A stretch of 64,000 bases of DNA, taken from contig JACPDA010000004.1 of NCBI GenBank assembly GCA_016184225.1, forward strand, positions 343,927 through 407,926, in the 5' to 3' direction. This stretch comes from Candidatus Daviesbacteria bacterium (GTDB taxonomy: Bacteria; Patescibacteriota; Microgenomatia; Daviesbacterales; UBA10151). How positions within the stretch are numbered: position 1 is the stretch's first letter; every line of letters begins with the position of its first letter. Positions 53,810 to 63,342 of this stretch are shown here, piece after piece. Under the pieces are notes generated by a model. That model searched no databases. It saw nothing but the letters and a program-made list of their open reading frames with translations, and had not been told where the DNA came from. The position numbers and the translations under genes were made by a program.

Positions 53810-56266
53810 TTAGAATCGTTTAGTTTTGATTGTTAACAAAGAAATAACCATTAGCAGTAGCAGACTCGTCTGTGATATCTTTAAACCAATATCAAATGAT
53901 TTTGGCCGGTATCTAAACACTACTTCATGAGAACCTGCAGGAATTTTAATTGCTCTGAAGATAAGGTTTGCAGGGCTGATAGGAGTTTCTTTACCGTCGA
54001 TTTTCGCTTTCCACCCTTCTTCATATTGATCGGCTAATATTAAAACTTCATCAGAAGGTGTATCTGTTTTGATTTTAACGGTGCCAGGTGAATAATGAAT
54101 GATTGAAGCTTTTCCCGTACCTGAAACTTTTGAAACTTTTAGATCTTCTGACAAGAATACCATAACTCGTGGATCAAAATATTTATCATTCATAAGTATG
54201 TTTTCTATGTTCTGGGTTGAGACAGTTTGTATTTTTTTTGCCAAATATACTCTATCCAAGGAATTGGGATTTTCCAGGACTGCCGAAGATTTATCCTTGA
54301 ATACTAATTTGTAATTTGACTCCTTCAATTTATAATTAAGTAAATCTCCGGGAATTTGACCTTTATCATCTCTCAAAATTGCGATTAAGTATCTAGTATT
54401 TACAGCATCGAGATAAGATGAGCTGTAGTTAGAGGCAACTTCAGCGTATCGGGTTGAGCTTCCGGTTCTTATGTCTCCACCATTTAGGAAACGCATAAAT
54501 TTACCGTACTGATTAAGATAGATCGGGTCATATCCCTCATAAGTTTGCAGCTTGTATGCAATCCAAGTGTTTGGGGGCAAAACTTCGGCATGTTCTCTAC
54601 CTACGCGGAATAATCCTTTTTGTTTCTGCAGGAATTCTAAACTGGGGGTTGTGGGGAAAATTAAATTATTGGAAATAAAGGGGTTAAACTTAAGAAAATA
54701 TCTTCCGAGATCTAAGACCAATAGAACGAATAAAGAAATTAATAGGATATTTAATTTATATTTTTTTAAAAGTTGGGATTTAGTCTTGTTTAAAATATAC
54801 ATAAAGAGGAGCAGGAAAGTTAAAAGACTGAAAGGAACTAAACTATTTTTTGCGGCAATTAAAAAGTTCTGCAATGCATAATCATTACTCTCTAAATAAA
54901 CTTTTAGGAACTCCTCATTGGGAGCGTTAATTATAATATTCCATATAGAATAAAATGTAAGTAACGTTCCTATAATTACTCCCAAGATGGCAGCCCAGCT
55001 CCAAAGGATAGCTTTCTGAATAAAGAAAAGACTTTTATTTTCCTTTATGTGATCCATGACTAAAGAAGCGAGAATAGCCGTTGACAAGAGGGTTATAAAT
55101 AACATTCTGCTTCCATAAGAGGAAGTTAACAGAGGAATTCTCAGGTTATAAAAGGAATTAGAAATGGGATTGTTAAAACTAAATAGCAAGGTAAACAAGA
55201 ATAGTATAGAGAAGAAAAGTGCTTCTTTAGATCTAACCCTAAATAAAAGATAGAGTAAAAGAGGAAGGGTTACAATCCCTAAGAAGCCACTTGTCTCGGA
55301 ATAGTTGAGTGTTCCCCAATAGTTTCTCGTAACTGCATTTCCAAAGTAATCGGGGATAAAGAATTTGAGGCTATCTTTAGTATTTAATAAGCCAAAATTG
55401 GATTCGGCAGTATAAGATTCTGTTTGTCTTATGGATTTTTGTAACAGATCGTAACTTGGTAGTACTTGTAAAGCTGTTATGCCTATAGATGCTATTAGGG
55501 AGAAAAACAAAATAAAAATTTGTCCTCTGCTTACTTTATTTTTCAAAAAAATAAATAAGATATATAAAAATGCAATAAAGAAAGTATATGTTGTGATTTG
55601 TGCATTTCCTGCAAGAATCACTAAGGATAAAGAAGCAATAAGTAGAGGAATAAATTTAAATTGACTTACTAATATAAATTTTCTTATGCTATATAAAACA
55701 AGTGGTAACCAAGCTATCGCGTGGCCTGCCGTTCCCAATTCCAGCCAGGTTGTCATAAGCCCGCCCAAAGAGAAAATTACTGCACCGGATAGTCCTGCAA
55801 TTTTAGATTTAACAATTTGGGATATAAATAAATAGAAAGTGATAGAGGCAATAATTGTCTGAGAATAAATATAGAATCCCCAGCCGTAATTCTTAGGTAA
55901 GAATAATAAGATATTTAAAGGATACAAGACGGCAGAATGGTATGTAGCTAAAAGTGGGTTTCCGGTAAATGAGTAAGGGTTCCATAAGGGCCATTCTAAA
56001 TTTTTGAAAGCATCAATTGCTAAATGTTTCCATAGAAAAAATTGGGAGAACACATCAGAAATCAGAGGATTCTGCACTGGAAATTTATAATAATCCAGCC
56101 AAGGTGAGTAACTAACCACTAATAGATCACCGGGGAAAGGAATTTTTCCAAAAATAAAAAATTTATAGTAAATACCTAGAGTCACAAGCCCTAGGATTAG
56201 ATAAGCGGAATAAGGTTTGTCTAGGAAAGACTTGATTTTCTGAATAATGTTGTACGAAACCTCCAT
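53810..56266 (-). CDS. YfhO-family GT-C membrane glycosyltransferase (~819 aa)
   Basis: FPGDLLVVSYSPWLDYYKFPVQNPLISDVFSQFFLWKHLAIDAFKNLEWPLWNPYSFTGNPLLATYHSAVLYPLNILLF matches the YfhO N-terminal signature. The protein is multi-TM with a large C-terminal extracytoplasmic domain. Confidence 0.7.
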   Translation of the reverse strand: MEVSYNIIQKIKSFLDKPYSAYLILGLVTLGIYYKFFIFGKIPFPGDLLVVSYSPWLDYYKFPVQNPLISDVFSQFFLWKHLAIDAFKNLEWPLWNPYSFTGNPLLATYHSAVLYPLNILLFLPKNYGWGFYIYSQTIIASITFYLFISQIVKSKIAGLSGAVIFSLGGLMTTWLELGTAGHAIAWLPLVLYSIRKFILVSQFKFIPLLIASLSLVILAGNAQITTYTFFIAFLYILFIFLKNKVSRGQIFILFFSLIASIGITALQVLPSYDLLQKSIRQTESYTAESNFGLLNTKDSLKFFIPDYFGNAVTRNYWGTLNYSETSGFLGIVTLPLLLYLLFRVRSKEALFFSILFLFTLLFSFNNPISNSFYNLRIPLLTSSYGSRMLFITLLSTAILASLVMDHIKENKSLFFIQKAILWSWAAILGVIIGTLLTFYSIWNIIINAPNEEFLKVYLESNDYALQNFLIAAKNSLVPFSLLTFLLLFMYILNKTKSQLLKKYKLNILLISLFVLLVLDLGRYFLKFNPFISNNLIFPTTPSLEFLQKQKGLFRVGREHAEVLPPNTWIAYKLQTYEGYDPIYLNQYGKFMRFLNGGDIRTGSSTRYAEVASNYSSSYLDAVNTRYLIAILRDDKGQIPGDLLNYKLKESNYKLVFKDKSSAVLENPNSLDRVYLAKKIQTVSTQNIENILMNDKYFDPRVMVFLSEDLKVSKVSGTGKASIIHYSPGTVKIKTDTPSDEVLILADQYEEGWKAKIDGKETPISPANLIFRAIKIPAGSHEVVFRYRPKSFDIGLKISQTSLLLLMVISLLTIKTKRF

Positions 56267-56335
56267 GTTATCTGATAGTGCTGAATTGAGAAACAAAGCT
56301 TGATACTCACATTCGTTCGTATTAAGATTAAATTT

Positions 56336-57235
56336 ATGGTAAGTCAAATATCGGTAGTAATCAATACTCTGAATGAGTCTCGAAATATCAAAAGAGTTAT
56401 TGAATCGCTGGATTGGGCTGATGAGCTAGTTGTAGTAGATGACGGATCGGAAGACAAAACTATTGAAATCCTGAATGAATTAAAAACTAGAATCAAGAAA
56501 TTAAAGGTTTTTCAACATCAAGGTGAAGGTTACGTAGAGCCGGCCAGAAATTATGCAATTTCCAAAGCTTCGAACGAATGGATTCTCATTCTAGATGCTG
56601 ATGAAGTAATTACTGAAACTTTGTCAAAAAAATTAGTGGAGATTGTTAAAAGAATGAAACAAATAGATTATGTTAGAATACCCCGCAAGAATATAATCTT
56701 CGGCCATTTTATACAAGAATCTATGTGGTGGCCCGATTACAATATAAGATTCTTTAAGAAGGGTAAGGTAAGATGGTCAGATAAAATTCACCGTCCGCCT
56801 GAAGTTTTGGGCCAGGGTTTGGATCTCCCGGCTGAAGAGAAAAATGCAATTATTCATTGCAGTTACGGAACTATTTCAGAGTTTTTGGAAAGGATGAATG
56901 GATACACAACAGTACAGGCAGCAGAACTGAAAAAGAATAGATACAAATTTGACTGGAAGGATCTTTTTGAAAAACCTTTAAACGAGTTTTTATCAAGATT
57001 TTTTGCAAATAGGGGATATAAGGATGGTTTGCATGGTTTAGTATTGAGTTTCCTACAAGCATTCTCTTTTTTGGTTGTGTATCTAAAGCTGTGGGAAAGT
57101 AACAATTTTAAGGAACAAGATATCAACCTGACAGAACTAAAAGACCAAATAAACAAATCTTCGGAGGGTATAAATTATTGGATAAAAAAAACAGACCGAA
57201 GGGGGAACTTTTTTGAACGGATATTCAAAAGGTAA
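56336..57235 (+). CDS. GT2 family glycosyltransferase
   Basis: MVSQISVVINTLNESRNIKRVIESLDWADELVVVDDGSEDKT...LILDADE is present. The start was taken at the ATG at 56336. Confidence 0.7.
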   Translation: MVSQISVVINTLNESRNIKRVIESLDWADELVVVDDGSEDKTIEILNELKTRIKKLKVFQHQGEGYVEPARNYAISKASNEWILILDADEVITETLSKKLVEIVKRMKQIDYVRIPRKNIIFGHFIQESMWWPDYNIRFFKKGKVRWSDKIHRPPEVLGQGLDLPAEEKNAIIHCSYGTISEFLERMNGYTTVQAAELKKNRYKFDWKDLFEKPLNEFLSRFFANRGYKDGLHGLVLSFLQAFSFLVVYLKLWESNNFKEQDINLTELKDQINKSSEGINYWIKKTDRRGNFFERIFKR

Positions 57236-57242
57236 ATATTAG

Positions 57243-58046
57243 ATGTTAAGTATAGTTGTACTGACAAAGAACGAAGAGGATAGAATTAAAACTTGCTTGG
57301 AATCTGTTAAATGGGCGGATGAGATTGTTGTAGTGGATAATGGTTCAAATGATAATACCCTAAAAATAGCAGAAAAATACACTAATAAGATTTTTCAGGT
57401 AAATCTGCCAGACTTTGCTGAAGTTAGAAACTTTGCCATGGGAAAAGCCCTCGGTAACTGGATTTTCTTTGTGGATGCCGACGAGCGAGTATTAGAACCT
57501 TTAAGAAGAGAAATAGAAACCCTTATCTCTAGTGAAGATTTTTCAGCCCTTGCTGTCTCACGCAGGAATATTGTTTTTGGGAAAGAGGTCAGATATGGTC
57601 CCTTCTGGCCTGATTGGGTCACCAGAATCTTGAGAAAGAAAGATTTTGAAAATTGGATAGGTAAGGTTCATGAATACCCAAAATTTAAGGGTAAGTTAGG
57701 TTACACGAAGAATTCATTATTGCATTTAACCCATCGCAATATCGACCAAATCACATTAAAAAGCTTGGAATGGTCCAAGATCGATGCCAAGTTAAGGTCG
57801 AATGCTAATCATCCAAAGATGTCGGGCTGGCGGTTCTTAAGAATCTTTGTCAGCGAAGCTTTTAATCAAGGAATCATTAGGCAAGGCTTTTTTAATGGCA
57901 CAGTTGGAATTATGGACTCTTTGTTACAAGCTTTTAGCTTATATATGACTTATGTCAGATTATGGGAGCTGCAACAAACCAAAACAAGAAATCAAGTATA
58001 TGAAGAAATTGATAAAAATTTGATAGAGAACGGATTTAGGTTTTAA
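57243..58046 (+). CDS. GT2 family glycosyltransferase (paralog of 56336-57235)
   Basis: MLSIVVLTKNEEDRIKTCLESVKWADEIVVVDNGSNDNT...FFVDADE is present. Confidence 0.7.
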   Translation: MLSIVVLTKNEEDRIKTCLESVKWADEIVVVDNGSNDNTLKIAEKYTNKIFQVNLPDFAEVRNFAMGKALGNWIFFVDADERVLEPLRREIETLISSEDFSALAVSRRNIVFGKEVRYGPFWPDWVTRILRKKDFENWIGKVHEYPKFKGKLGYTKNSLLHLTHRNIDQITLKSLEWSKIDAKLRSNANHPKMSGWRFLRIFVSEAFNQGIIRQGFFNGTVGIMDSLLQAFSLYMTYVRLWELQQTKTRNQVYEEIDKNLIENGFRF

Positions 58047-58055
58047 CATAAGACT

Positions 58056-59129
58056 ATGAAGATAGCCGTCTTTTCTCCTTATCTTGATACGTTTGGCGGA
58101 GGAGAGAAGTACATGATGACTATTGCGGAGGTATTATCCTCACGACATGCTGTAGATGTGCTTTTAGATAAGCACCTTTTTAGCTTAGGGGGGGGTTATC
58201 TAAAAAAAGAATTATCAAAAAGATTTGATCTAAACTTAAAATCAGTTAATTTTATTATTGCTCCACTGGGTCAAAATTCTTCTGCCATTTCCAGAACACT
58301 TTTCCTTAATAATTATGATAGATTTTTTTATCTAACAGACGGAAGTATTTTTTTCCCGACTGCAAAGAAGAACTTCTTGCATGTACAGTCTCCCCTTATC
58401 GGGCAACCTGCAAAAAGTATCTGGGGTCTATTTAAGCTAAAAGGGTGGGATTTGGTTATTTATAACTCCAGTTTTACCAAAACATACTCCCAAGCTAATT
58501 GGCCATTAAAATCAGAAATTATTTTTCCGCCGGTTGATACTTCAAAAATTAAACCATTAAGAAAAGAAAAATACATTCTTTCAGTTGGCCGTTTCTTTGG
58601 ATATCTGAAGGATAAAAAACAAGAACTTCTGATCAAAGTATTTAAAGAGCTTTCTGAAACAGGAAATATAAAGGAATGGAGTTTGCATTTGGTTGGATCG
58701 GCTAGTGATGGGGATAAAGATTATTTAGAAAGCTTAAAATATCTAGCAAAAGGTATTCCTGTAGAGTTCTATCCTAATTTAGAGCATAATGGGCTAATTG
58801 AGCTTTACGGACAGTCCAGTATTTATTGGCATGCGGCAGGTTTTGGAGAAACAGACCCAACCAGGATGGAACACTTCGGGATCTCCACGGTCGAAGCAAT
58901 GGCCGGAGGATGTGTACCTGTAGTAATAGGAAAAGGGGGTCAGCGAGAAATTGTGGAGGATGGTAAATCGGGTTATTTGTGGGAAAACTTAGATGAATTA
59001 AAGCAATTAACATTAAAATTAACCGAAGATAGGAAGCTACTAGAGAAGATGGCGAAAGAAGCTACGGAGAGAGCGCAGGATTATAGTAAAGAAAAATTTG
59101 TTGAAAGAATTAAAAATATAAGTAAATGA
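58056..59129 (+). CDS. GT4 family glycosyltransferase (GT-B, Glycos_transf_1)
   Basis: EHFGISTVEAMAGGCVPVV is the E-x7-E-containing GT4 C-terminal block. It is preceded by VGRFFGYLKDKKQELLIKVF. Confidence 0.75.
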   Translation: MKIAVFSPYLDTFGGGEKYMMTIAEVLSSRHAVDVLLDKHLFSLGGGYLKKELSKRFDLNLKSVNFIIAPLGQNSSAISRTLFLNNYDRFFYLTDGSIFFPTAKKNFLHVQSPLIGQPAKSIWGLFKLKGWDLVIYNSSFTKTYSQANWPLKSEIIFPPVDTSKIKPLRKEKYILSVGRFFGYLKDKKQELLIKVFKELSETGNIKEWSLHLVGSASDGDKDYLESLKYLAKGIPVEFYPNLEHNGLIELYGQSSIYWHAAGFGETDPTRMEHFGISTVEAMAGGCVPVVIGKGGQREIVEDGKSGYLWENLDELKQLTLKLTEDRKLLEKMAKEATERAQDYSKEKFVERIKNISK

Positions 59130-60283
59130 AGAGGACTTTTTGGATTATTGTAATAATTGGGGTTGCTATCCGGATATTTTTATCCTTAACTACATTTCAC
59201 TCTGATATGCTAGTTTTTGAGTTAGCCGGTAAACTTGTGGCATCAGGTAACATCTTAAACCTTTATGATTTTACCTCAAATTCTGCTGTTTTTAATTATC
59301 CGCCGGCAATTTATCTTTTCCATGGGTTATTTAATTATTTATTTAATATTTTAGGTCTATCACAAATTACTCAATTGAATCTTAATTTATTACTTCTGAA
59401 ACTTCCCTATTTTATCTTTGATTTTCTGATTGGAGTTATTTTATTTAAATTATTTGATTCTCCCAAAAAATCTTTATTGGCATTTACACTTTGGATATTT
59501 AACCCAATTAGTCTTTATGCAACATATATGATGGGCCAGTTTGATATTATTCCAACCTTTTTCATTATTTTATCAATCTATTTTGCTATTAAAGGCAAAT
59601 TAGAACGGGCTGCCTTGGCTTTAGGTGGGGGGATAGCATTTAAGTTATTCCCGGTCTTTTTAGTTATTCCGTTAATTGTTCTGAGTAAAAATTCTCTGGA
59701 TAGATTGAAATTACTGATTCTTGCAACGCTCCCTTATTTGCTCTTAACTCTTCCGTATCTATCTTCTTCTAGTTTCAGGGCAACTGCTTTATTTGCCAAT
59801 CAAAGTTCAAAAAGTCTTTATGCTGTTATCCCGGTATCTGGTGGGGAATCAATTATTTTATTTCCGGCAGTTCTTCTGCTCTTCTATTTTATTATATGGA
59901 GTTTTCAGCATAAAACAGAAATTTGGAGATTATATTCAATACCGCTTCTGTTGTTTTTTATCTTTACTCATTTTCATCCCCAGTGGTTAATCTGGATTAC
60001 ACCATTATTAATCTTAGGGTTAACAAGTACCGGATTTAGGAGTCTACCTTTATACATATTAATTTTTATTAGTTGGTTCTTCTCTCTATTCTTTTTTGAT
60101 CCTTCGCTAACTATTGGAATATTTTCACCTCTTGTGCCTGCTTTAAATAATACTCCAAGCATTTGGATGATTTTGGGTATTAATGTTGATTACAATTTAT
60201 CGCGAAGTTTAATACAAACTATTTTTGTATCAAGCGCAATTTATTTAATTTACCAATATTTTCCTAGAAAAACTGATGTTTAA
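59126..60283 (+). CDS. Integral membrane GT-C-like protein (GT87/DUF2029-like)
   Basis: The N-terminal loop TTFHSDMLVFELAGKLVASGN...NYPPAIYLF is present, with about 10 TM spans. The gene is ATGA-coupled. Confidence 0.5.
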   Translation: MKRTFWIIVIIGVAIRIFLSLTTFHSDMLVFELAGKLVASGNILNLYDFTSNSAVFNYPPAIYLFHGLFNYLFNILGLSQITQLNLNLLLLKLPYFIFDFLIGVILFKLFDSPKKSLLAFTLWIFNPISLYATYMMGQFDIIPTFFIILSIYFAIKGKLERAALALGGGIAFKLFPVFLVIPLIVLSKNSLDRLKLLILATLPYLLLTLPYLSSSSFRATALFANQSSKSLYAVIPVSGGESIILFPAVLLLFYFIIWSFQHKTEIWRLYSIPLLLFFIFTHFHPQWLIWITPLLILGLTSTGFRSLPLYILIFISWFFSLFFFDPSLTIGIFSPLVPALNNTPSIWMILGINVDYNLSRSLIQTIFVSSAIYLIYQYFPRKTDV

Positions 60284-61769
60284 AAAATCATCAAGATTCC
60301 AAATAATAGTAGTTTTTTTATTTTTTTTTGTCATTGGGTGGTTCCTTTTTACCTTTAGGATTTTAAATGTTCCTCCGGGAATTAATGGTGATGAGGCTGT
60401 GATAGGTTATAACGCAGCCTTGGTGGCAAAAAGCGGATTTGATTCCAACGGTAAGTTTTTGCCGTTATTTACTGCTTCAGCCGGCTCCCGTGATTGGAAG
60501 CAGCCAGTAACATTTTATTCCACAGTGTTAGCATTTCGTATATTTGGAACTACCTATTTTGTTTTAAGAGCAGTTAGCGTGCTTTTTGTATTGCTAAGCG
60601 GTATTTTAATTTTTCTCTTGGTTTATGAATTAGTAGAACTCAAAGCTGCTCTTTGGAGTCTGTTGATTTTTGCAACCACTCCAATTGTAATGATTCAATC
60701 TCATTTAGCTTTAGAAAATATCGCACCGGTTCCGTTCATTGCCTTCTTTTTATGGATGATGGTCAAGTATAGTAAAAAAAAGAAAGTAGGATTCTTAGTC
60801 ATGGCTGCAACTACTCTGGCCCTAAGTGTTTTCTCTTACCTTGGTTTGAGGATCATGGCGCCTTCGCTTATAGTTCTTACTATCCTGTTTATCTACTATC
60901 TAAATAAGGTGTATGCTAGGTTAGCCGTTAGAAAGATCCTCATCTTCTTGACTGTGTTTATCCCGTTCTTCTTGGTCCTGGTCGTTGCAAAGGTAAATTA
61001 TCCCGGTTCATTATTAGGTTTATATAGATCATTTGAAATCACATCATACCAACAATTTATTTTAACGTACATTTCATCTTTTGACTGGTCTTTCTTATTT
61101 ATCAATGGTGACGTGACTCCTTACCATTCGACGGGTAAACACGGAATGTTCCTCCTGGCTAGTCTACCACTTTTCCTACTTGGGATAGCTAGCATTATAC
61201 AAAAAAAACGACCGATATTATTTTTCATTATAGCTGTTTTTTTCTTTATGCCAATTTTCTTTGGCTTAGCGTCAGATATCCATCGCGCGAGCAGGTTGTT
61301 AAGCCTGGTCCCTCCTTATATTGTGATTAGCTCACTGGGAATGCTGGTTTTAACCGGTATGAGAAACGGATTGTGGCGTGTCATGTTTATTTTTATTGTC
61401 ACAACAATGATTATTTTTAATTTTGCGGATTTTGTGAAAGATTATTGGTATGAATATCCTAAACGGGTTAAGTCAGAATTTTCAAAGCCTTATCAGCTTG
61501 TTTTTGAGAGAGCTGCATCTTTAAGTAAATTAAATAATCTGACTCCGTTTATTCAAGGTGACTTTCGGAGGCAAGATGTAATAGCTGAGAATTTTTTTGA
61601 ACAGGTTTACTTTCCCAATGGATTGAAAACATGGAATGATAATCAGATGTTACCGGAGAAAAGTATTATTATTGTTTCCGACTACCTCATTTCAAAAAGA
61701 CAAGACATTCCGCAGGAAAAAATAGGCGATGGTGATTTTGGTATTTTGATAAACAATGAAAGTAAATAA
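60276..61769 (+). CDS. GT-C glycosyltransferase, PMT_2/ArnT-like
   Basis: GINGDEAVIGYNAALVAKSGFDSNGKFLPLFTAS is the first-loop DE motif. The N-terminal coding region contains T7-A-T10 tracts. Confidence 0.65.
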   Translation: MFKKSSRFQIIVVFLFFFVIGWFLFTFRILNVPPGINGDEAVIGYNAALVAKSGFDSNGKFLPLFTASAGSRDWKQPVTFYSTVLAFRIFGTTYFVLRAVSVLFVLLSGILIFLLVYELVELKAALWSLLIFATTPIVMIQSHLALENIAPVPFIAFFLWMMVKYSKKKKVGFLVMAATTLALSVFSYLGLRIMAPSLIVLTILFIYYLNKVYARLAVRKILIFLTVFIPFFLVLVVAKVNYPGSLLGLYRSFEITSYQQFILTYISSFDWSFLFINGDVTPYHSTGKHGMFLLASLPLFLLGIASIIQKKRPILFFIIAVFFFMPIFFGLASDIHRASRLLSLVPPYIVISSLGMLVLTGMRNGLWRVMFIFIVTTMIIFNFADFVKDYWYEYPKRVKSEFSKPYQLVFERAASLSKLNNLTPFIQGDFRRQDVIAENFFEQVYFPNGLKTWNDNQMLPEKSIIIVSDYLISKRQDIPQEKIGDGDFGILINNESK

Positions 61770-63342
61770 TTGGCTAATTATCTTATTACTTTTTGCATTT
61801 ATCATAAGAATTGTTCCGATTAGTTTCCCGGATTTCACGTCAGATGAGGCAAGAATCGCTTATAGAGCCTTTGCGCTATCCACAACCGGAAAAGATGAAT
61901 TAGGTAGATCTTTTCCGGTACTCTTTAATTCTTTGGACAACTATCAGCTACCCGTTGTTTCTTATATTACAGCATTAGGAGTATTAATATTTGGTAAAAC
62001 AGATCTTGGGGTAAGGATACCCTTTATTTTAATTGGGACTGCTATAGTTTTATTAATTTATCAACTGTCAAGGTTTTTTATGGATGATATAAAATACAGC
62101 ATCTTTGCTGCGGCATTAGCTTCTTTATCTCCGGGGTTAATATTTTTTTCCAAGTTTCCCAATGAATATATTGTATCAATCTTTCTAACTTTGATCCTAA
62201 TAACTCAAGTGCTAAAAGAACGATTGAGGTTACCACTGATGCTAGTAATTGTCTTACTAATGCTTTTAACTTCCAAAGCCCTTTGGTTTGTTTTACTGCC
62301 GGTTTTATTGCTTACCCTATTTTTAAATAAAAAAATAAAAAAAAGAGAAAAAATTTTATTTTTTGCGGTAGGTCTGATACCCACTGTAATAATAATTTAT
62401 TTATATTTAAATATTCAGCAGGGAATGAGAAGTTTAGTTGAAAATAGTTTTCCTATTATTTCCGATGTAACTATCAAAAACGGCATAGAGAAATTAAGGA
62501 GCCAGGAAGCATCCGGATGGCCAACGCTCCTGGATAGGATTATATTCAATAAAGCATATTTTATTGTAACCGGTATTTTCCACTGGTTTTCAGAACTTAG
62601 TTTGAGTAGACTTTTTACAGAATTAGATTCTACCGGTAATTTTGGTTTTTTGAAATTAGGGTCATTCTCTAAGCTAGTAATAATTCCCTTTTTTGTAGGT
62701 TTAACATTTTTAATTAAAGGAAGGAAGAGGTTTAAGTTTTTAAGTTTATATATACTCCTTGTCACATTTCCATTAGTCTTTTTATATCCGGTAAAAAATA
62801 CCGGTTTTATCCTATTTGCTTTGCCATTTGTTGCTTTGATCTCGGCTCTAGGACTTAAGATTTTTAACCAAAAGATAGCAGTAATCTTTTTTATTATTCT
62901 AATTGCAGAGTTCCTTGTGAATTTATGGTTTATCCAGGCAAGTATTAAAAATTCAAATCAATATAGACAAGGTTGGATTAAGGGGGCAATTCAAGAAGCC
63001 GATGCTTATGCATCAAATTATAGTATTGCTTTTTCAGATAACCTGACAGGAGATATCATTCCTTTCATTGAATGGTATACGCATTTTCGTCCCGAGGATG
63101 GTTACGAAGATATTAAGCTTCCCTATAAATTTCACCAGACTAGGGTTTCCAAATTTAGGCTGATTGTATCCGAAAGCACGTTTTATGAATGTGGTTTTGA
63201 CAGGCCTCCATATATTTTTGCATCAGAAAGAGATCTTAAAAAGATACAGGAAGAAATAAAAGTTTTGCCACAGAAGCTATACAAGAATTATCTAAGAGAG
63301 GTGATGGTTTATCTTTTACCACCAAAGGTATGCATACATTAA
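61756..63342 (+). CDS. GT-C glycosyltransferase, PMT_2/ArnT-like
   Basis: FPDFTSDEARIAYRAFALSTTGKDELGRSFPVLFNS is present in a multi-TM protein. The gene overlaps the upstream gene by 14 nt. Confidence 0.65.
   Translation: MKVNNWLIILLLFAFIIRIVPISFPDFTSDEARIAYRAFALSTTGKDELGRSFPVLFNSLDNYQLPVVSYITALGVLIFGKTDLGVRIPFILIGTAIVLLIYQLSRFFMDDIKYSIFAAALASLSPGLIFFSKFPNEYIVSIFLTLILITQVLKERLRLPLMLVIVLLMLLTSKALWFVLLPVLLLTLFLNKKIKKREKILFFAVGLIPTVIIIYLYLNIQQGMRSLVENSFPIISDVTIKNGIEKLRSQEASGWPTLLDRIIFNKAYFIVTGIFHWFSELSLSRLFTELDSTGNFGFLKLGSFSKLVIIPFFVGLTFLIKGRKRFKFLSLYILLVTFPLVFLYPVKNTGFILFALPFVALISALGLKIFNQKIAVIFFIILIAEFLVNLWFIQASIKNSNQYRQGWIKGAIQEADAYASNYSIAFSDNLTGDIIPFIEWYTHFRPEDGYEDIKLPYKFHQTRVSKFRLIVSESTFYECGFDRPPYIFASERDLKKIQEEIKVLPQKLYKNYLREVMVYLLPPKVCIH

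Noticed and set aside
62321-62350. A7/A8 tracts (AAATAAAAAAATAAAAAAAAGAGAAAAAA) as a phase-variation site
   Set aside because: They encode a Lys-rich cytoplasmic loop (NKKIKKREK). Such tracts are expected from composition, and they are shorter than the T10 tract reported above.
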